Source: Leptonemataceae bacterium (lineage in GTDB: Bacteria; Spirochaetota; Leptospiria; Leptospirales; Leptonemataceae). From it: 64,000 bases of DNA. The notes under the pieces were generated by a model. That model had not been told where the DNA came from. It was given only the letters and a program-made list of their open reading frames with translations, and did no database searches. A program made the position numbers and the translations under genes. The DNA lies in assembly GCA_965227295.1 (NCBI GenBank), contig OZ245742.1, forward strand, positions 2,496,001 through 2,560,000, read 5' to 3'. The first letter of the stretch is position 1; the number at the start of each line of letters is the position of its first letter. This document shows positions 57,094 to 64,000 of the stretch, piece after piece.

Positions 57094-58347
57094 ATGGCCA
57101 TGCGCATACTGAAAATCGCGGCGGGGTTGCTGGCGGCCCTGCTCCTCATCGTGTATCTTCTGCTGCCGGTGCCCGGAGCCGATCCGGAGCCGGTGCAATC
57201 CGGCGTGGATGCGGCGAGCCTGGATCTTTCGTACTTCAAGAAAGACTACGACGAAAGCCGCGCACACTTCCGCGAAATCACGGCGCGCCTCACAGAGCAG
57301 TATCCAGGTACGCGCAGCGGCGTGCTGAACGTGCCGTCGGCGGTGGACGATGATCTTACGATCGACTGGCTCTACGTACCGGCGCGATCGGCGCAAAAAC
57401 GTCTGCTCATTCTTACGAGCGGTTTGCACGGGGCCGAGGGGCCGGCCGGGGCCGCGGTGCAGCGCGCGTTCCTGGACCGACGCATGCAGGACGTGGATCT
57501 TAACAGCACCGGCGTGCTTGCGATCCATGCCATCAACGCCTACGGCTTTAAGTACTTCCGACGTGTTACCGAGAACAATGTGGACCTCAACCGAAACTTC
57601 GACGAGGACGACGCCCTCTTTGCCTCGAAGAACGAAGGCTATCACACCATCTACGATCTGCTCAATCCGCAGGGACCGGCGGCGGCGGCTTACATCGGCG
57701 AACGTTTGTTTTTTCTCGAGGCAGTCGGCAACATTCTCTACTACGGTATGCCGGCGCTGCGCCAGGCGGCGTTGCAGGGCCAGTACGAATTTCCCGAGGG
57801 CATCTACTTCGGCGGCCAGGCCTTCGAGCCGCAGAAAGAACTACTGACGCCGCTCCTCGTGGAAACCGCGCGAGCGTACGACGCGGTGGTGCTGGTGGAC
57901 TTTCACACCGGCTACGGAAGCCGGGGCGTGTTGCATCTTTTCCCGAGCGAGGCGGAAGACGAACGCATGCGCACGGCGACGACGAACCTGTACGAAGGTT
58001 ACACCATCGACTGGGCCGAAGAAGGCGGCGAGTTCTACAGCGTCACCGGCGAGTTTACGATGTACGTCGACGCTTTGCTGCGCGAAGATCAACTCTACAT
58101 TCCCATGGTCTTTGAGTACGGTACGCTGAACAGCGACACGACCACCGGTGCCATCGAATCGATTCATCGGACCATCATCGAGAACCAGGGCATTCAACAC
58201 GGTTACGCATCCGCGGAAGATGAGGCCGAGATCAAGCGTCGTTACCGGGAAATGTTTTATCCCACGAGTGAGGCCTGGCGCGCGAAGATTTTCAGCGATA
58301 CGGACGCGATGTGGGACGATGTCCTGCCGCGACTGAACGAACTGTAG
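57094..58347 (+). CDS. DUF2817 / M14-like zinc carboxypeptidase, paralog 1
   Basis: SGLHGAEG, HAINAYG, NVDLNRN, DFHTG, EYGT. Confidence 0.88.
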   Translation: MAMRILKIAAGLLAALLLIVYLLLPVPGADPEPVQSGVDAASLDLSYFKKDYDESRAHFREITARLTEQYPGTRSGVLNVPSAVDDDLTIDWLYVPARSAQKRLLILTSGLHGAEGPAGAAVQRAFLDRRMQDVDLNSTGVLAIHAINAYGFKYFRRVTENNVDLNRNFDEDDALFASKNEGYHTIYDLLNPQGPAAAAYIGERLFFLEAVGNILYYGMPALRQAALQGQYEFPEGIYFGGQAFEPQKELLTPLLVETARAYDAVVLVDFHTGYGSRGVLHLFPSEAEDERMRTATTNLYEGYTIDWAEEGGEFYSVTGEFTMYVDALLREDQLYIPMVFEYGTLNSDTTTGAIESIHRTIIENQGIQHGYASAEDEAEIKRRYREMFYPTSEAWRAKIFSDTDAMWDDVLPRLNEL

Positions 58348-58365
58348 CGCTCGAACGCGATCGTC

Positions 58366-59625
58366 ATGCGTAGATCCCGCTACTTACTGATCTTTTTGTG
58401 CGTCCTGGCCGGGGCCTACTTTCTTTTGCCGCGGCCGGGCGCGCCGGTGAGCGACGATACGATGAGCGGAGACACCTCGGTGGACGCAAAGTTCCTCGGG
58501 TACTTCCCGGAAAGTTACCGCGAAAGCCGCGAGCGTTTCCGTTCCGCCGTCGACCGGTTACGCGCGAAGGATCCTCGAGTGCAAAGCGGCGCGGTCGCCG
58601 TTCCCACCGGCGAACGGCTGAGCATCGACTGGCTGTATGTTCCGGCGCGCAGGCAACGCCGCCGGCTGATCGTGCTCACGTCCGGCCTGCACGGAGCCGA
58701 GGCGCCCGCGGGGGCGGCGGTGCAGTTGCACTTTCTGGATCACATCTATCCCGGTCTCGATCACGCGAGCACGGGCGTGTTCCTGGTGCACGCGATCAAT
58801 CCTCACGGCTACGCTAACTTTCGGCGGGCCACGGCGAACAACGTGGACCTCAATCGCAACTTCGGCGTTAACGAACAACTATTCGAACTTAAGAACCCCG
58901 GCTACGATCAGATTGACGATCTCCTGAATCCCCGGGGACCGGCCCGGGCCGGCCGTTTCGGGGAGCGTTTGTTTTTCATGAAAGCGATCAGTAAGATCGC
59001 CGTGCACGGAATCAACACGCTGCGCCGGGCGGCGTTGCAGGGCCAGTATGAACATCCGCAGGGCATCTACTTCGGCGGCGACGATTTCGAACCGCACGTG
59101 TCGTTGATGCGCGAGCTCCTGCGCGAACGCCTGCGTCGTTACGATGCGGTGTTCCTCGTGGACCTGCATACCGGCTACGGCGACCGTGGGGCCCTGCACG
59201 TCTATCCCGTCAACGAACCGGACGCGGACATGCGTCGGCGTATTGAGGACGTCTACGGAGCAGAGGGGGCCGGTTACGAGCTGGCCTGGGCGAACGAGCA
59301 GACCGGCTTCTTTCCGATTCGCGGGGACTTCATGACTTACGTCGGCTCCCTGCTGAAAGCGGAGCAGATCTATGTGCCCGTCATCATCGAGTACGGCACC
59401 ATGAACAGCCGCCGCACGGCCGGGGCGATCGAGTCCATTCATCGCACCATCCTGGAAAACCAGGGCGCGATGCACGGTTACGCCGCTAACAGCGACGAAC
59501 TGGAAATTAAGCGCCGCTACCGGGAAATGTTTTTTCCGTCCAGCGAACGCTGGCGATCAACGATACTGCGGAAAACGCGGGACTTCTGGGATCGCACGCT
59601 GCACCGGTACGGCGACGTGCGTTAG
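58366..59625 (+). CDS. DUF2817 / M14-like zinc carboxypeptidase, paralog 2
   Basis: SGLHGAE, HAINPHG, NVDLNRN, DLHTG, EYGT. Confidence 0.88.
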   Translation: MRRSRYLLIFLCVLAGAYFLLPRPGAPVSDDTMSGDTSVDAKFLGYFPESYRESRERFRSAVDRLRAKDPRVQSGAVAVPTGERLSIDWLYVPARRQRRRLIVLTSGLHGAEAPAGAAVQLHFLDHIYPGLDHASTGVFLVHAINPHGYANFRRATANNVDLNRNFGVNEQLFELKNPGYDQIDDLLNPRGPARAGRFGERLFFMKAISKIAVHGINTLRRAALQGQYEHPQGIYFGGDDFEPHVSLMRELLRERLRRYDAVFLVDLHTGYGDRGALHVYPVNEPDADMRRRIEDVYGAEGAGYELAWANEQTGFFPIRGDFMTYVGSLLKAEQIYVPVIIEYGTMNSRRTAGAIESIHRTILENQGAMHGYAANSDELEIKRRYREMFFPSSERWRSTILRKTRDFWDRTLHRYGDVR

Positions 59626-60656
59626 AGTTTTCCCTGGGTCGCCTCTTTGTATACGACGTACATCTGCGGCACGTCGGCCTTCAGGCGGTCCTCGTAGGCG
59701 CGCGCGCTTTCGCGATCATGGGCGTGAAAGCGATGATGATGCATGAGGCAGAGATAGAAAAACGCCAGCGTCGCACGGACGCGTTCTTTGTAGCGCTCCA
59801 CCACCTGATTCAGATCGCGACTGAGGCGCGCGGATTCGCTTTGTAAGTGTTGGATCTCGGCGGGGGACAGGCGGCGCAGGCCCTCGTAGTGAAAACAAAC
59901 GGCGTGCAACCGGGCGGGAAACCACTCGCGCGTGCGTTCGAGATCGTGTTCGAATTCTTGATACAACGTGCCGAAGATTCCGACCGCCGGTTGGGAGGCC
60001 ATGAGGCCGGGATCGATCTCCGTCGCGTTCACCAGGCAGGCGTCCCGGTAGAAGCTCACGCCCTTTACGCGGGCTTCGCGCGGAGTATCTTCGTCCTCGG
60101 AGAGCGGGCCGGCCTGGGAACACAAAGACTCGCCGAGTAAAAAGAAAAGCACCGCATCGCTGCGACCCTTGCGCCGGGCATAGAGTAAGATGTCCGCGGC
60201 ATTGGCGTAATCTTCGAGACGGATCAAACAAACAGCGAGGGTCTTCAACAGTTCGCCGTCCACCGCGGACGCGCCTTCTTGCTGAAACGCAGTGCGATAG
60301 TTCTCCGCCGCTTCGCCGAGCACGGCGCGCATGGTGGCACGAAACGATAAACAGCCCGTAAACTCGCGCTCCTCGGCAATGTTTTGAAAATCATCCCATT
60401 GCCGCATCAACCAGTCGGCGAGGCCGCGGCCCTCTTTCAAGGACGTGCGCCGATCCTCGCGATTGATCCACCAACCCGACGCGTAAAAACCGCAGGCGTA
60501 CTCCGGATCGTTGGGATCGTCGTTGGCCAGCAGATCGCCGAAGCGCGCCCGGGCCTCGCCGAAGTCGCCGGCCGCGAGAAAGTCCAGGGCCGCGCGAAAC
60601 CGCGCTCCGGCGCTGCCGGCGTCCGCGGCGTCCGGGCTTTCGGAAGCGTCACTCAT
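59622..60656 (-). CDS. TPR-like hypothetical protein
   Basis: Helical-repeat character. ATGA overlap with yajQ. Confidence 0.7.
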   Translation of the reverse strand: MSDASESPDAADAGSAGARFRAALDFLAAGDFGEARARFGDLLANDDPNDPEYACGFYASGWWINREDRRTSLKEGRGLADWLMRQWDDFQNIAEEREFTGCLSFRATMRAVLGEAAENYRTAFQQEGASAVDGELLKTLAVCLIRLEDYANAADILLYARRKGRSDAVLFFLLGESLCSQAGPLSEDEDTPREARVKGVSFYRDACLVNATEIDPGLMASQPAVGIFGTLYQEFEHDLERTREWFPARLHAVCFHYEGLRRLSPAEIQHLQSESARLSRDLNQVVERYKERVRATLAFFYLCLMHHHRFHAHDRESARAYEDRLKADVPQMYVVYKEATQGKL

Positions 60657-61147
60657 CGATAGTTGTCGAAGGCGACGGCGAAGTCCAGGTCCGCGTCGCG
60701 CAACATCTTTTGCACGCGCTGAAGATCGTCCTTGCTCTTGCTCGAAACGCGCAGGCTGTCGCCGTTGATGCGCGATTGCACTTTGATCTTCGAGTCCTTG
60801 ATCATCTTGTTGATCTTCTTGGCCTGGTCCTGGGTGAGGCCGTTCTGCACGGGGATGCGCGTTTTGAAAACGCCGCTCACGTTCGTTTCGAATTCCGCGT
60901 CGAAGCCGAAGGCCTTGAGGTTCAGGCCGCGCTTGAGCATCTTCGTTTGCAGCACGTCGATCATTTGTTTCATGCGCATTTCGTCGGAGGCTTCGAGGGC
61001 CAGGATCTCGTTCTTTTCGAGTTTGATTTCCGCCGTGGCGCCTTTGAAGTCGAAGCGGTTCGCGATTTCCTTGCGCGCCAGATCGATGGCGTTGTTGAGT
61101 TCCTGCAAGTCTACTTTGCAGCCGATGTCAAACGAGCTTTCTGCCAC
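60653..61147 (-). CDS. yajQ: YajQ family cyclic di-GMP-binding protein
   Basis: SFDIGCKVDLQELNNA..RFDFKG..LRVSSKSKDDLQ..FDNYR. Confidence 0.95.
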   Translation of the reverse strand: MAESSFDIGCKVDLQELNNAIDLARKEIANRFDFKGATAEIKLEKNEILALEASDEMRMKQMIDVLQTKMLKRGLNLKAFGFDAEFETNVSGVFKTRIPVQNGLTQDQAKKINKMIKDSKIKVQSRINGDSLRVSSKSKDDLQRVQKMLRDADLDFAVAFDNYR

Positions 61148-61161
61148 TTAAATATCCTTTG

Positions 61162-61362
61162 GCCACAGAGGCACAGAGAGCACAGAGTTGAATGTTGCTA
61201 TCGAAGCACTCTCACCGCGGAGGCGCGAAGGACGCGGAGAGATTACGTATGAGAACGGCGATTTGCAATTCCAGACCTTACGCTCGCTCTCCGTGGCCTT
61301 CGCGTCTCTGCGGTGAACACGGTACAATTGTAACAACTCTGTGTCCTCTGTGCCTCTGTGGC
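61162..61362. repeat. CACAGAG-type inverted-repeat element, family 2, copy B, with a nested inner inverted repeat
   Basis: Outer arms 61162-61190 and 61334-61362; inner arms 61211-61241 and 61287-61317. Confidence 0.85.
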
Positions 61363-61367
61363 AAGAG

Positions 61368-64000
61368 TTACTTCAAGGCCGCCTTAAGATTCTCCACCGC
61401 CAGGTTCAGCGCCTCGTCCATTTTCGACGCGTCTTTGCCGCCGGCCTGGGCCATGTCCGGGCGACCGCCGCCGCCGCCGCCCAGTAACTTTGCCGCATCG
61501 CGGATTAAGCTCGAAGCGTTCGCGCCGGCGTCCACGGCTTTCTGATCGGCCATGAACAACAGCGTGGGCCCCTTGTCGGCGACGACGTTGCCCAACAGGA
61601 CGACGATGCCGCGGCTCTTTTCTTTGAGCTTATCGCCGAACTTCCGGAGCATGTCCGGGTTCTGGTCCTGCACGGCCAGTTTGACGATTTTCACGCCGCC
61701 GCTTTCTTCGGCGCCGGCCAGGGTCTCGTCCGCGGTTTCCATTAACTCGCCGACCTTTGCACTCTGCACGCCGCGCTCGAACTTTAACAGTTTCTTTTCG
61801 TTCTGCGCAAGCAGTTTCGTTGCCCGGGCGATGTCTTCGGCCAGCTTCGGTCCGTCCAGGGGCTCCTGCACGGCGGCCCCGGCGGAGATGGGCAGGTCGG
61901 TTTTTACGTGGAGGGCGCGCGCTTCATCACCGTGTTCGTCGATCAGGGCCTGGACCTTATCGTTGTGCGCGGCGATCTTAGCGTGCAGTTCGTCCAGGTC
62001 GTCCTGGAATCTGCGCAGGGCGTCGTCGCCGGTAACGGCCTCGATGCGCCGGTTGCCCGCGCCGGGGCTGGTCTCCCGCGTAATGTGAAAGACGCCGACG
62101 TCGCCGGTGTTGTCGACGTGGCAACCGCCGCAGAACTCAATCGAAAGATCGCCGCTTTTGCCCATGCTGACGACGCGCACTTCCTGGCCGTACTTTTCGC
62201 CGAAGGTCGCCACGGCGCCTTTCTGCTTCGCCTCTTCGATGGGCAGGACCTCCCATGCGACGTCGGCGCGGGCCTGAACGGCGGAGTTGACCTCGGTCTC
62301 GATTTTCGAGAGCAGGGCCTCGTCGATTTTTTCCGGATGCGAAAAGTCAAAACGCAGATAGTCCGGCGCGACCAGGGAGCCGGTCTGGATGATGTGATCG
62401 CCCAGTTTCTCCCGCAGCACGCGGTTTAACAGGTGCGTGGCGCTGTGATGCCGGGTGAGACCGCGGCGGCGTTCCACATCCACGAAGGCGTTCAGTTCGT
62501 CGCCGGTTTTCAGGATGCCGTTCTTCATGGCGCCCAGGTGTAAGTGATAGCCGCCGTTCTTTTGCGTGTCGTGCACTTCGAAGAGACCGCCGCCGTCGGA
62601 CGCGAGTTTACCGGAGTCCCCCAACTGTCCGCCGCCCTCGGCGTAAAAAGGCGTACGATCGAGGATCACTAATCCGCGTTGACTTTCACTTAATTCGGAC
62701 ACCACGTCGTAGGCGCCGTCGTTTTCCGCGACCAGGGCCAGGACCTTCGCGGCCGCGCCGCCGTCGTTCACGGCGTAGCCCGCAAACTCGGTCTCCGGAA
62801 TCGCCGGCAGGTCCGGCGGCAGCGTAATGCTGCCCCATTGATCGCCGCGGGAGGCGTTCTGTTGTTCCTGCATCTTGCGATCGAAGGCCGCCATGTCCAC
62901 GGAGAGGCCTTCTTTCTCGGCGAGTTCGATGGTCATCTCTTTCGGAAAACCGAACGTGTCGTAGAGCATGAAGGCGTCTTCGCCGCGGAAGACCTTCGCC
63001 TTGCGCTGCTTGTGTTCGGCCAAAAACTCGTTCCAGCGACCCAGGCCCTGTTCCAGCGTATGCAGAAAACGCTCTTCCTCGGAGCGGATGCGTTTTTCAA
63101 TGTCCTCCTGCTTTTTGCGCAGCTCCGGATAGAACTCGCCGTACAGCTTCGCCACCAGAGGAACCAGACGATGCAGGATCGTGGTGTACACGCCCAGTTC
63201 GCGGGAGAAGAGCAGGGCGCGCCGCAGCACCCGGCGGATCACGTAGCCGCGGCCGGTGTTGCCCGGAAAGATGCCGTCGGCGATGGCGAAACACACGCAG
63301 CGCACGTGATCGGCGAGTACACGATAGGGCGCGGCCGTAGCTTTTGAATAGGGAACCTTAGTGCGATCGTCGCGCAACTCAGCGCTCAGCTCTTCGATCT
63401 TGCCGATGATTTGCCGCAGCTCGTCGGTATCGAAGACGGAGTCCGAGTGGTTCAGGAGCGCGACGATGCGTTCCAGGCCGGCGCCGGTATCGATGCCCTG
63501 CTTCGGTAATTTGTGCAGCTTGCCCTGGGCGTCCTGGTGAAACTCGTTGAACACCAGGTTCCAGTACTCCATGTAACGATCGCCTTCGCCGCCGGGGCCG
63601 TCGTCCGGCCCGTACTCCGGACCGCGGTCCAGGTACAGCTCCGAGCACGGACCGCAGGCGCCGGTGTCCCCGGCCGGTCCCCACCAGTTGTCCTCTTTGC
63701 CCAGGCGGCGGATGCGGCTTAACGGCACGCCGATCTCTTCGTTCCAGATGCGTTCGGCTTCGTCGTCGTCCTGGTAGACGGTGATGTAGATCTTTTCCGG
63801 ATCCAGCTTCAAACGTTCCAGGGAAAACTCCCAGGCGAAACGAATCGCCTCGCGCTTGAAGTAATCGCCGAACGAAAAGTTGCCGAGCATTTCGAAGAAC
63901 GTTAAGTGGCGATCGGTCTTGCCCACGGATTCCAGGTCCGTGGTCCGCAGACATTTCTGGATCGTCGCCGTCCGCGGATGCGGTGGTTCTTCGGTGCCGG
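61368..64000 (-). CDS. alaS: alanine--tRNA ligase, N-terminus beyond the window
   Basis: QKCLR, HLTFFEMLGNFSFGDYFK, CGPCSE, DTGAGLER, TPFYAEGGGQ, HSATH, CGGCH, GGGGGRPDMAQAGG. Confidence 0.98.
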   Translation of the reverse strand, partial: GTEEPPHPRTATIQKCLRTTDLESVGKTDRHLTFFEMLGNFSFGDYFKREAIRFAWEFSLERLKLDPEKIYITVYQDDDEAERIWNEEIGVPLSRIRRLGKEDNWWGPAGDTGACGPCSELYLDRGPEYGPDDGPGGEGDRYMEYWNLVFNEFHQDAQGKLHKLPKQGIDTGAGLERIVALLNHSDSVFDTDELRQIIGKIEELSAELRDDRTKVPYSKATAAPYRVLADHVRCVCFAIADGIFPGNTGRGYVIRRVLRRALLFSRELGVYTTILHRLVPLVAKLYGEFYPELRKKQEDIEKRIRSEEERFLHTLEQGLGRWNEFLAEHKQRKAKVFRGEDAFMLYDTFGFPKEMTIELAEKEGLSVDMAAFDRKMQEQQNASRGDQWGSITLPPDLPAIPETEFAGYAVNDGGAAAKVLALVAENDGAYDVVSELSESQRGLVILDRTPFYAEGGGQLGDSGKLASDGGGLFEVHDTQKNGGYHLHLGAMKNGILKTGDELNAFVDVERRRGLTRHHSATHLLNRVLREKLGDHIIQTGSLVAPDYLRFDFSHPEKIDEALLSKIETEVNSAVQARADVAWEVLPIEEAKQKGAVATFGEKYGQEVRVVSMGKSGDLSIEFCGGCHVDNTGDVGVFHITRETSPGAGNRRIEAVTGDDALRRFQDDLDELHAKIAAHNDKVQALIDEHGDEARALHVKTDLPISAGAAVQEPLDGPKLAEDIARATKLLAQNEKKLLKFERGVQSAKVGELMETADETLAGAEESGGVKIVKLAVQDQNPDMLRKFGDKLKEKSRGIVVLLGNVVADKGPTLLFMADQKAVDAGANASSLIRDAAKLLGGGGGGRPDMAQAGGKDASKMDEALNLAVENLKAALK

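Overview
GC-rich bacterial chromosome segment. The gene content (FadD-type ligase, App1-like phosphatase, deacetylase plus partner, secreted lipase, MCP, thiG/thiH, yajQ, alaS) suggests a Leptospirales-like spirochaete, but this is inference. About 55 CDSs cover most of the window, mainly housekeeping and envelope functions. No rRNA, canonical tRNA, CRISPR array, transposase or integrase was found. The most unusual region is about 22.2-29.1 kb. (i) A tandem A-B-A-B array of paralogous two-TM proteins that all end in RWRSI, plus a decayed fifth copy. (ii) A promoter-preceded, circularly permuted tRNA-like RNA: an intact T-arm/acceptor/CCA 3' half lies upstream of a complementary D-arm/anticodon 5' half, inside a long closing stem. 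This is YrlA/Y-RNA-like architecture, but there is no Ro60 or RtcB gene in the window. A second structured segment and an SPFH 'slipin' gene follow. (iii) A more AT-rich TcmP + DUF5131 pair. Elsewhere are two families of dispersed structured intergenic repeats, an orphan DUF4157 effector-like gene and several operator-like palindromes. All product calls come from motif recognition by eye; no searches were run.
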